From: an uncultured Actinomycetes bacterium
Lineage (GTDB): Bacteria > Actinomycetota > UBA4738 > HRBIN12
Assembly: GCA_963704725.1 (NCBI GenBank)
Contig: OY969934.1
Coordinates: 3,360,001 to 3,424,000, forward strand
Reading direction: 5' to 3'
Length of the DNA stretch: 64,000 nt
Part shown: positions 17,493 through 26,145 of the stretch, one piece after another
How the letters are laid out: each line of letters opens with the position of its first letter
Position numbering within the stretch: the first letter of the stretch is position 1
The notes under the pieces: model-generated
What the model was told of the DNA's origin: nothing
Seen by the model: only the letters and a program-made list of their open reading frames with translations
The model's database searches: none
Position numbers and translations under genes: made by a program

Positions 17493-19574
17493 GTGAACGA
17501 GTCCTTGCGCACGCGCCTGCCGTGGGTGCTCTGGGCGATCGTCATGGCGATCCTCGTTCTGACGCTCGTCCTGGTCGGCCTCAACGGCGACTTCCACAAC
17601 GACGCGTTCTTCATCCCCCTGGCGATCCTCATGATGGTCGGGTACTCGACGGTCGGCGCCCTGCTCGCGGCGCGACTCCGCCGCAACCCGATCGGGTGGC
17701 TCATGATGCTCCCGGGCGCCGGCTTCCTGGCCGCCGCGTTCACGAGCGAGTACGTGACGTGGGCGCTGCAGACGTCGCCCGGATCGCATCCGCTCGTCGA
17801 CGCGGCGATCGCGGTGAACAACGGCGTGTTCATCGCGGGGATCGCGCCGCTCCCGCTCCTGCTCCTGTTGTTCCCGAACGGCCGGCCGCCGTCGCCCCGC
17901 TGGCGCTGGCTGCCGCCGGCCTTCATCACGGTGATCGTGATCGGCCTCGTCGGAACCTTCCTCCGTCCAGGCCGCGTGGACGTCAATCCAGGCGTGCGGC
18001 CCCTGAACCCGTACGGAGTCGAGTCCCTGCGCGACGTCCTCCCCTCGATCATGCTCGTGGCGGGGGTCCTCTCCATCGTCCTGTCCCTGCTGCCGGTCCT
18101 CGCGCTGATCCGTCGGTTCCGCGCGGCCGCGGACGAGGAACGGCAGCAGATCCGCTGGCTGGCGTACGTCGGCGTCGTCGGGGCGGCGCTGTTCGTCGCC
18201 ACGATGCTGACGTCGGTGGGCCTGTCCTCGAACGAGTCGAGCACCGCGAACGACGTCTCGTTCTACGCGTTCTTCGCGGTGATCGGGATCGGCATCCCCG
18301 CGGCCATCGGCATCTCGATCCTGCGGTACCGCCTGTGGGACCTCGACCTCGTGATCCGCAAGACGGTCGTGTTCGCCGTCGTCGCGGCCTTCATCACCGT
18401 CGTCTACGCCGTCGTCCTGCTCGCGGTGCCGGCGCTCATCGTCGGCGGGGAGCGCGCGTTCAGCCCGCTCACCCTCGTCACCACGGTCGTGGTCGCGCTG
18501 CTGTTCCAGCCGGTACGGGCGCGGGCCCGACACTTCGCCGACCGGCTGGTGTACGGCAAGCGGGCCACGCCGTACGAGGTGCTGTCCGAGTTCTCCGAGC
18601 GCCTGTCGGACGCCTACTCCACGGACGACGTCCTGCCCCGGATGGCCCAGCTCCTCGCGGCGGGCAGCGGCGCCGAGACCGTGACGATCTGGCTGCTCAT
18701 CGGCGGCGAGCTACGGTCGGTCGCCTCATGGCCCCGGGAGCGACGGCCCACCGACCCGCGCACGTTGCCGGCCTACGCCATCGCTCGCCAGGGCACTTTC
18801 GAGGTTCGACACCAAGGAGACCTCCTCGGCGCGATCACGGTGGAGACGCCGGCCAACGACCCGCTCGACCCGAGGAAGGAGCGACTGATCCGGGACCTGG
18901 CCTCCCAGGCCGGCCTCGTGCTTCGCAACGTCCGGCTGATCGAGGAGCTCCGCCGGTCGCGTCGGCGGATCGTGGCCGCCGTGGACGAGAACCGGCGGCG
19001 CCTCGAGCGGAACATCCACGACGGCGCCCAGCAGCAACTGGTCGCGCTCGCCGTGAAGCTCCGGCTGGCGGACGCCGCCCTCGATCGCGACCCGGCGAAG
19101 ACCCACGCCCTGCTCGCACAGCTCCAGGCCGAGGCCAACGACGCGCTCGAGGACCTCCGCGACCTCGCTCGGGGCATCTACCCGCCGCTGCTCGCGGACG
19201 AGGGTCTCGCCATGGCGCTCCAGGCGCAGGCGCGGCGCTCGCCGGTGCCGGTCCACGTCGCCCCGGACGGCATCGGCCGGTACGCGCGAGAGGTGGAGGC
19301 GAGCGTCTACTTCTGCGTCCTGGAGGCGCTGCAGAACGTGGCGAAGTACGCCGAGGCCTCGAACGTGGAGGTGGGGCTCAGGCAGGAGGGGTCCTTGCTC
19401 GCGTTCGAGGTGCGGGACGACGGGGTCGGCTTCGACCCCCTGACCGCGCCGCGCGGGAGCGGGCTTCAGGGGATGGCGGACCGCATCGAAGCCGTCGGGG
19501 GCGCGTTCGAGCTCCGCAGCGCCCCGGGGCGGGGCACGACGGTGAGCGCCACGATCCCCGTCGAGTCCGCCTGA
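17493..19574 (+). CDS. Multi-TM sensor histidine kinase (HisKA_3), paralog of 12244..14352
   Basis: Shared blocks RATPYEVLSEFSER, RRRLERNIHDGAQQQLVA, RDLARGIYPPLLAD. Confidence 0.92.
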   Translation: MNESLRTRLPWVLWAIVMAILVLTLVLVGLNGDFHNDAFFIPLAILMMVGYSTVGALLAARLRRNPIGWLMMLPGAGFLAAAFTSEYVTWALQTSPGSHPLVDAAIAVNNGVFIAGIAPLPLLLLLFPNGRPPSPRWRWLPPAFITVIVIGLVGTFLRPGRVDVNPGVRPLNPYGVESLRDVLPSIMLVAGVLSIVLSLLPVLALIRRFRAAADEERQQIRWLAYVGVVGAALFVATMLTSVGLSSNESSTANDVSFYAFFAVIGIGIPAAIGISILRYRLWDLDLVIRKTVVFAVVAAFITVVYAVVLLAVPALIVGGERAFSPLTLVTTVVVALLFQPVRARARHFADRLVYGKRATPYEVLSEFSERLSDAYSTDDVLPRMAQLLAAGSGAETVTIWLLIGGELRSVASWPRERRPTDPRTLPAYAIARQGTFEVRHQGDLLGAITVETPANDPLDPRKERLIRDLASQAGLVLRNVRLIEELRRSRRRIVAAVDENRRRLERNIHDGAQQQLVALAVKLRLADAALDRDPAKTHALLAQLQAEANDALEDLRDLARGIYPPLLADEGLAMALQAQARRSPVPVHVAPDGIGRYAREVEASVYFCVLEALQNVAKYAEASNVEVGLRQEGSLLAFEVRDDGVGFDPLTAPRGSGLQGMADRIEAVGGAFELRSAPGRGTTVSATIPVESA

Positions 19575-19664
19575 AGCCGTAGCCCCGGCTCGTCGCCACG
19601 GGTTGCTCATCCTCGCAACCAACCTGTTACGTTCCTCGCGCCCAAGGACCCAAGGAGCACGCCG

Positions 19665-22511
19665 ATGACCGCCTCCGGACCCGGGAGCCGCCGCAGGCTC
19701 CGGGTGAGCACCCTCGCCATCGCGATCGCCGCGGCCCTGCTCGCGGCGGTGCCGCCCTCCTCCGCCGATCCGGCCGGCCGGTCCCCCGACGGCCGCCGCC
19801 AGTTCGCCCCGGCCGCCCGCGGTGAGGCGCTGTTCGACAGCCGGGCGGGCGGCTCCGGGATCGTCCCCGGGGGCGCGGTCCTTCGCGCCCGGCGAGCGCT
19901 CGCGAGGTCGCTCGGCCCGCAGGGCTTGGTGGACGTCGACGAGCGTACCGGGACACCCCGGATGGTCTCCCGCCTCGACGGCTTCCTGACCGGACCGAGC
20001 GCCGCGGCGCCCGAGGACGTCGCGCTGGGCTACGTCCGGAGCCACCTGTTGGCGTTCGGCCTCACGGCGCGGGACCTCGGCGGCCTCGAGCTCGTGAAGG
20101 ACTACGTCGACGTGCTCGGGACACACCACCTCGTCTGGCAGCAGCGGTACCGGGGGATCGCCGCGTGGGACGACGACCTCCGAGCGCACGTGACGGCCGA
20201 TGGCCGTCTCGTCGCGATCGGCGGCTCCCCGATGCCCGGGCTCTTTGTCGCGAGCGTCAGCCCTCGCCTGTCCGCACGCGACGCCGTCGTGGTGGCGTAC
20301 CGCAGCGTCGGCGCCGCGGCACCCGCCGTCGGATCGCCGATACGGACCCCGGCGGGCCCCGAGCGGCGGACTGTCTTCGGATCCGGACAGGACGCGCGGC
20401 TCGTGCTGTTCGGCTCCGCCCGAGGCGCCCGGCTGGCGTGGCGGACGACCACGCCGGTGAGCTCCCAGGAGATCGACGTGTCCGTCGTGGACGCGCAGAC
20501 CGGCGCGGTGCTGTGGCGCGCCAATCTGGTCGAGAGCGACCAGGCGGGAACGGGCCAGGCCTGGGAGTACTACCCCTCGGCCTCGGTGCCCGGCGGGGGC
20601 GGGGTCCAGCACCAGGTGACGTTCCCGGTCGCCGACGGCACGGCGCTGTTCGGGAACAACGCCTGGACGTGGCCCGACGTGGACGACGACGACTCGCCCG
20701 ACCGCGACATCCCGGCGACCTCGAGCGTGGACTGGAGCTACCCGGCCGTCCTGAACACGACCGACGTCACGAACGCCTGCTCGGACCTGTTCCCCTGTTC
20801 CTGGGATCCGAACGTGCCCTTCAGCTGGCAGCCGCACGTCGAGTCCAGCGCGGTGCAGGTCTTCCACTTCCTGAACGCGTTCCACGACCATCTGCTCGCG
20901 GCGCCGATCGGTTTCACGGAGGCCGCCGGCAACTTCCAGGTCGACAACGCCAGCGGCCAGGGGCAGGACGGCGACATGGTGGTCGCGAACGTGATGGACG
21001 GAGCCGACACCTCGCGCACTCCCGGGCTCCCCGACGACTTCCATCAGTTCAACGCGAACATGTTCACGCCGCCCGACGGCGATCCCCCGCTGATGCAGAT
21101 GTACCTGTTCCCGTCGATCCCGGATGACGGGAGGCCGGCGACGATGGGCGGCGACGACGCCTCGGTCGTGTACCACGAGTACACGCATGGGCTCTCGAAC
21201 CGCCTCGTGACGTTCGCCGATGGGAGCGGCGCGGTGAACTCGGCGCAGGCGGCCGCGATGGGCGAGGCGTGGAGCGACTTCTACGCGCTCGACTACCTCG
21301 TGGCCCAGGGTCTCGAGACCGACTCGGCCGGCCCCGACGTCGTCCTCGGGCGGTACGTGGCCGGCGGCCGAGTGGGGTTCATCCGCTTCGACGCGATCGA
21401 CTGCCCCGTGACCTCGGGGCCGCCGAACTGCCCGGGCAGCCCCGGCACGGGAGCCGGCGGCTTCACCTACGAGGACTTCGGCCACGTCGGCGGCGGTCCC
21501 GAGGTCCACGACGACGGGGAGATCTGGGGCCAGACGCTCTGGGACGTGCGGTCCGCGCTGGGCTCGAGCGTGACGCTCACGCTCGTCACGCGTGCCATGG
21601 AGCTGTCGCCGCCGGAGCCCTCGTTCCTCGACATGCGCAACGCGATCCTGGAGGCCGACCAGGTGGCGTTCGGTGGATCGCACGTCGATCAGCTCTGGCA
21701 GCTCTTCGCCCAGCGGGGCATGGGGTTCTTCGCGATCGCCCTGGACGGCGGAGACGTCCATCCCGTGGCCGACTTCAGCACGCCGCCGGTGTGCCCGACC
21801 GACTGCGGCACCGTGGAGGGCACCGTGATCGACTCGCAGTCGGGCAGGCCGGTGCACGGCGTGAACGTCGTGATCGCCGGGCACGCCTCCGGCTTCTCGA
21901 CCGACCTCGCGGCCGTGACGAACGCGAGCGGCGCGTTCTCCATCGCGGACGTTCCCTTCCACGAGTACGTCGTGACCGTGGAGAGCGACGAGCACGAGCC
22001 CTTCGCGGTCCCGGTCGACGTGACCGGACCGACGACGGTGCCGATCGAGCTCACGCGGGACTGGGCGTCGATCGGCGGCGGGGCCAGGCTCGTCGACTTC
22101 ACGGGTCCGAACTTCTCGCCCGCCTGCGGGCCAGAGGACCTGTGGGACGCCGCCCTCACCTCGGGATGGGGATCCACCACGACGAACCGGCCGACCGGCA
22201 GGATCAACATCGTGAAGCTGCCGCGGGCCGTGGACATCACCAGCTTCGGGTTCGCCAGCGACGGGACGTGCGGCGACGGGCCCGAGGCAGCCCTGCGGGT
22301 GTTCGAGATCCAGACCAAGGCGCGCGGGGGGCATTGGGTCACCGCCTACCGCCGATCCCGGCCGCTGCGCCGCGGCGTGATGCACACGCTTCGGCCGATC
22401 CGAGGGAGCACGGACAAGGTGCGGTTCGTGAAGCTCGTCATGTTCGACAACTTCGGCGACCCGCTCTTCACCGACGTGCTCGAGCTGTCCGTGCGCGGGG
22501 CCCCGGCCTAG
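19665..22511 (+). CDS. Secreted M36 (fungalysin-like) metallopeptidase with FTP propeptide and C-terminal beta-sandwich domains
   Basis: Signal peptide; GFTEAAGNFQ, NANMFTPPDG, VVYHEYTHGLSNRL, MGEAWSDF, EVHDDGEIW, PSFLDMRNAILEAD. Confidence 0.92.
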   Translation: MTASGPGSRRRLRVSTLAIAIAAALLAAVPPSSADPAGRSPDGRRQFAPAARGEALFDSRAGGSGIVPGGAVLRARRALARSLGPQGLVDVDERTGTPRMVSRLDGFLTGPSAAAPEDVALGYVRSHLLAFGLTARDLGGLELVKDYVDVLGTHHLVWQQRYRGIAAWDDDLRAHVTADGRLVAIGGSPMPGLFVASVSPRLSARDAVVVAYRSVGAAAPAVGSPIRTPAGPERRTVFGSGQDARLVLFGSARGARLAWRTTTPVSSQEIDVSVVDAQTGAVLWRANLVESDQAGTGQAWEYYPSASVPGGGGVQHQVTFPVADGTALFGNNAWTWPDVDDDDSPDRDIPATSSVDWSYPAVLNTTDVTNACSDLFPCSWDPNVPFSWQPHVESSAVQVFHFLNAFHDHLLAAPIGFTEAAGNFQVDNASGQGQDGDMVVANVMDGADTSRTPGLPDDFHQFNANMFTPPDGDPPLMQMYLFPSIPDDGRPATMGGDDASVVYHEYTHGLSNRLVTFADGSGAVNSAQAAAMGEAWSDFYALDYLVAQGLETDSAGPDVVLGRYVAGGRVGFIRFDAIDCPVTSGPPNCPGSPGTGAGGFTYEDFGHVGGGPEVHDDGEIWGQTLWDVRSALGSSVTLTLVTRAMELSPPEPSFLDMRNAILEADQVAFGGSHVDQLWQLFAQRGMGFFAIALDGGDVHPVADFSTPPVCPTDCGTVEGTVIDSQSGRPVHGVNVVIAGHASGFSTDLAAVTNASGAFSIADVPFHEYVVTVESDEHEPFAVPVDVTGPTTVPIELTRDWASIGGGARLVDFTGPNFSPACGPEDLWDAALTSGWGSTTTNRPTGRINIVKLPRAVDITSFGFASDGTCGDGPEAALRVFEIQTKARGGHWVTAYRRSRPLRRGVMHTLRPIRGSTDKVRFVKLVMFDNFGDPLFTDVLELSVRGAPA

Positions 22512-22516
22512 CGCGA

Positions 22517-22909
22517 TCAGGCTCCGCTGCCGCGCGCTCGGCCGACGGCGTCGGCCCAGGCCGACTCGAGCCGGTCCGGGCCGAAGGCGGCCTTGGGGAT
22601 GTACGCGGCCGCGCCGCACTCGGCGGCCCTCGGCGCGTACTCGTCCTCCTCGTAGGTCGACAGAAGCAGGACGACGACGGGCGTGGTCGACTCGCGCAGG
22701 ATGCTGCGCGTGGCGTCGAGCCCGTTGATGCCGGGGAGGTTGACGTCCATGAGAACGAGGTCGGGCTCGAGGGTCCTGGCCATGGCGACCGAGTCCTCGC
22801 CGCTCTCGGCCTCAGCGACCACCTCGAACCCGTCGGTGGCCTCCACCACGAGCCGCGCCGCCATGCGGAACGGCTCCTGGTCGTCGACGATGAGGACCCG
22901 AACCGCCAT
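22517..22909 (-). CDS. Single-domain response regulator (REC only)
   Basis: MAVRVLIVDDQ...LMDVNLPG...LLST...YIPK; no output domain. Confidence 0.88.
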   Translation of the reverse strand: MAVRVLIVDDQEPFRMAARLVVEATDGFEVVAEAESGEDSVAMARTLEPDLVLMDVNLPGINGLDATRSILRESTTPVVVLLLSTYEEDEYAPRAAECGAAAYIPKAAFGPDRLESAWADAVGRARGSGA

Positions 22910-23000
22910 GTGAGGTGCCTCCTGGGGACCAGGGTCCCACCGGCCCGGCGCCGGCGACAGTGATGCCAGCACCACTTCCTGCGCCCCGGAGGGGGACCTC

Positions 23001-24137
23001 CTAGCGACGGGCGGCCACGCCCTCCATGTCTTCGGTGCGGAGGAAGGCCTGCTCGAGCAGGAGCCGGGTGTTGAGGTTGAGGTCCTCGGCGAGTGCCGCA
23101 CGGCACTCCTCGATCGCAGCCAGGCGCCGGGCGGCGGCGGGGACCGGCGTCGGCGGCGGCGTCGCGTCCGGGTTCATGAGCTGGGCCGGGCCGCCGCCCA
23201 CGGCGGCCACGATCCGGTCTCGCAAGAACGAGGAGACGGCGAGCAGCACCCGGTCGACGTAGTCGCGCTCGGCCCGGCGGAGCTGGCGGTCGTGCCGCTG
23301 CTGCATCCGCCGGATCGCGCCTCGGTAGGCGTCCTCGGGACGGCCTCGCTCGTCGAGGAAGGGGACGAGGTCCTCCTTCTGCTGCTCGGTGAGGTCCTTC
23401 TTGTAGCGCTCGGCGGCCGCGAGCACGAGGTCGGCCGCCTCCAGGGCCCCCGCCGGCCCGCGGCGGGCCCGCTCCAGCGCCTCGGCGGCCACGTCCCGGA
23501 AGGACAGCCCGTCCTCGTCGGTGGCCAGCCGACGGGCCCGGCCGAGGTTGCCCCCCGACAGGCGGGCGGCGAGCGCGGCGCGGGCGGGATCGGCGCCCTC
23601 GGACGTGAGCGTCGCCACCACGAAGTCCTCGGACAGCGGCAGGAACGAGACCACGTGGCAGCGCGAGAGCACGGTCTCGGGCAGCTCGTCCGGGCGGGCC
23701 GAGAGCAGGAGCAGGACGGCGTCGGCCGGCGGCTCCTCGAGCACCTTGAGCAGGACGTCCGCCGCCGAAGGGTTCAGCCGGTCGGCCTCGCGGATCAGGA
23801 AGACCTTGCGGCCGGGCTCGGGCGCCGTGCGGTACGCCGGGTGCCAGATCTCCGAGCGGACGGTGTCCACGTGGATGTCCCGGCCCTCGGGCTCGACGAC
23901 GACCTCGTTGGGGTGCTTGTCCTGCAGCGCCAGGCGGCAGTCCCGGCACTCACCGCAGCCGCCGAGCTTGCAGAGCAGGGCCGCGGTGAACGCCCGGGCC
24001 GCCTGCTGCTTCCCGCCGCCCTCCGGCCCGGCCAGCAGGTACGCGTGGTGGGGCCGGGCCGCCGCCTGTCGCAGGAACGCCATCGCGCGATCCTGGCCGG
24101 GGACGAGGTCGAGGACCGGAACCTCAGCGCTCGTCAC
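23001..24137 (-). CDS. holB: DNA polymerase III subunit delta'
   Basis: HAYLLAGPEGGGK, LLC...CGECRDC zinc motif, LLKVLEEPP, TVLSRC; follows tmk. Confidence 0.92.
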   Translation of the reverse strand: MTSAEVPVLDLVPGQDRAMAFLRQAAARPHHAYLLAGPEGGGKQQAARAFTAALLCKLGGCGECRDCRLALQDKHPNEVVVEPEGRDIHVDTVRSEIWHPAYRTAPEPGRKVFLIREADRLNPSAADVLLKVLEEPPADAVLLLLSARPDELPETVLSRCHVVSFLPLSEDFVVATLTSEGADPARAALAARLSGGNLGRARRLATDEDGLSFRDVAAEALERARRGPAGALEAADLVLAAAERYKKDLTEQQKEDLVPFLDERGRPEDAYRGAIRRMQQRHDRQLRRAERDYVDRVLLAVSSFLRDRIVAAVGGGPAQLMNPDATPPPTPVPAAARRLAAIEECRAALAEDLNLNTRLLLEQAFLRTEDMEGVAARR

Positions 24138-26139
24138 CGTTGTCCTCCCGCTCCTTGAGGACTCGTCGCATGGCCTCGACCACCTGGTCGTGCACCTTCT
24201 CGGGGACCTCGTCGGCGTCGACGACGACGAAGCGCTCCGGGTGCTCCTCGGCCATCCGGAGATACGCGTCGCTGACCTTTGCGTGGAAGTCCGCACCCTC
24301 CATCTCGATCCGGTCGGGCTCTTCCAGCGAGCGCAGGAGCCCCGCCTCGGGCTCGAGGTGGAGCAGGATCACCAGGTCCGGGAACAGTCCCTGCGTCGCC
24401 CACACGTTGAGGGTCAGCACGTCCTGCTCTCCCAGCCCTCGCGCGTTGCCCTGGTAGGCCAGGGACGAGTCGATGTACCGGTCGCAGATCACGACCTTGC
24501 CCTCGGCGAGCGCGGGCCGGATCACCGTCGTGACGTGCTGGGCCCGGCTCGCGGCGAACAGCAGGGCCTCGGTCTTCGGCTCGAGATGCCCGGTCTCGTG
24601 GTCGAGCAGCATCCGCCGGAGCTCCTCGCCGATCGCCGTTCCCCCGGGTTCGCGCGTGACCAGCACCTCGACGCCCTGCTCCTCCAGCCACTCCTTGGCC
24701 AGCCGGATCTGCGTGCCCTTGCCCGCCCCCTCGACCCCTTCGAACGCGATGAACAACCCGTCGGATGGCGGCCGCTTGAGCTTCGGCACCAGGCCGAGCG
24801 GTTGGGGCCGGCTCACGCGGAACCGGCGGAGTCCTCGACGGGTCACGATGCCCGCGAGGATGGCACCGAGCCCGGCGACCATCAACGCGGCCCGCGTCCC
24901 CCCCAGGTCGATCACGCGCGTCCCGAGCTCGAGCGAGTGGTAGCCGATCACGTTGGCCAGCGTCGGGAACAGGGTGAGGGACAGGAACAGCCCGAGCCGC
25001 GACAGCACGGTGAGCGAACCGAACGTCCGGCCCCGGAACTCGTCGGTGACGTTCTCCTGCAGCAGGACGTAGCCGCTCACCCACGCGGCGCCGCACAGCG
25101 CCCCCAGGATGACGGTCATCACCGCGGCGAGCTCGATCCCCGGCATGAGCGCGAGGACGAAGAGCGTGCCCGCGGCGCCCACGATCGACCACGGGAACAG
25201 GAACTCGCGCTCCAGGAACTCGACGACCTTGTTCGAGCTGGCCATGCCGATCCCCATGCCGATGCCGAACGACGTCACCAGCACCCCCCATCCCGGGTCA
25301 CCGGCGTGGAGCGCGTCCCTGGCGAAGCTCGGCCCGATGGCCAGGACCGCGCCAACCGCGCTGAACGCCGACACGATGCCGAGCGTCATCGCGGAGGCGA
25401 GCGAGTTCTCGCGGAGGAACCGGAGGCCGTCGGCCACGTCCCGGCCCATCTTCGATAGGTCGAACCGCCCCCAACCGGTCGGCGTGGGCGAGGGGATGCG
25501 GATCCGGGAGACCAGGAACGCCGACAGGGCGAACGTGCCGGCGTCGAGCCAAAGAGCGAGAGACTGCGGCTTCTGGTTGAGCCAGGGGATGAGGTCGGAT
25601 CCTCCCACCAGAAACGCGTAGACCAGACCGCCGAGCGGCAGCGTGCCGTAGGTTGTGATGAGGCCGAGCGAGTTGGCGTTCGCGAGCTGCCGCCGGGGGA
25701 CCATGTTCGGCAGGGACGCGTCCCGCGCCGGGGTCCACAGGAGCGAGAAGCACTCGATCACGAACGACACGAGGTAGATCGCCCACAGGGGGCCGAGGAA
25801 CGGCATCAGCCCGTACAGCGACCCCCGGGCGACGTCGGCCGTGATCATCAGCGTCTTGCGGTTGAATCGGTCCACGAAGGTGCCGGCCAGCGGACCGAAC
25901 AGGATCGCCGGGAGCATGCGCGCGGCCATGACGCCGGCCACGGCGTACCCGCCGGCGCGACCGCCCTTGGCCAGCACGAGGGCGGCGACGGCCACGAAAC
26001 CCACCCAGTCACCGAAGGAGCTGACCGTCTGCGCCACGATCAGCTTGGAGAACTGCGGGTGGGTGACGAGGTCCTTGAGCGTGGCCGGCCGGGTGCCTCG
26101 GAGCGCGGCGATCTCCTCGGCGTACGCTCGCGAGGACAC
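24124..26139 (-). CDS. tmk: MFS transporter-thymidylate kinase fusion
   Basis: N-terminal MFS (DRFNRK) and C-terminal FIAFEGVEGAGKGTQ, TREPGG, CDRYIDSSLAYQG. Confidence 0.93.
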   Translation of the reverse strand: MSSRAYAEEIAALRGTRPATLKDLVTHPQFSKLIVAQTVSSFGDWVGFVAVAALVLAKGGRAGGYAVAGVMAARMLPAILFGPLAGTFVDRFNRKTLMITADVARGSLYGLMPFLGPLWAIYLVSFVIECFSLLWTPARDASLPNMVPRRQLANANSLGLITTYGTLPLGGLVYAFLVGGSDLIPWLNQKPQSLALWLDAGTFALSAFLVSRIRIPSPTPTGWGRFDLSKMGRDVADGLRFLRENSLASAMTLGIVSAFSAVGAVLAIGPSFARDALHAGDPGWGVLVTSFGIGMGIGMASSNKVVEFLEREFLFPWSIVGAAGTLFVLALMPGIELAAVMTVILGALCGAAWVSGYVLLQENVTDEFRGRTFGSLTVLSRLGLFLSLTLFPTLANVIGYHSLELGTRVIDLGGTRAALMVAGLGAILAGIVTRRGLRRFRVSRPQPLGLVPKLKRPPSDGLFIAFEGVEGAGKGTQIRLAKEWLEEQGVEVLVTREPGGTAIGEELRRMLLDHETGHLEPKTEALLFAASRAQHVTTVIRPALAEGKVVICDRYIDSSLAYQGNARGLGEQDVLTLNVWATQGLFPDLVILLHLEPEAGLLRSLEEPDRIEMEGADFHAKVSDAYLRMAEEHPERFVVVDADEVPEKVHDQVVEAMRRVLKEREDNGDER

Positions 26140-26145
26140 CCTGGG

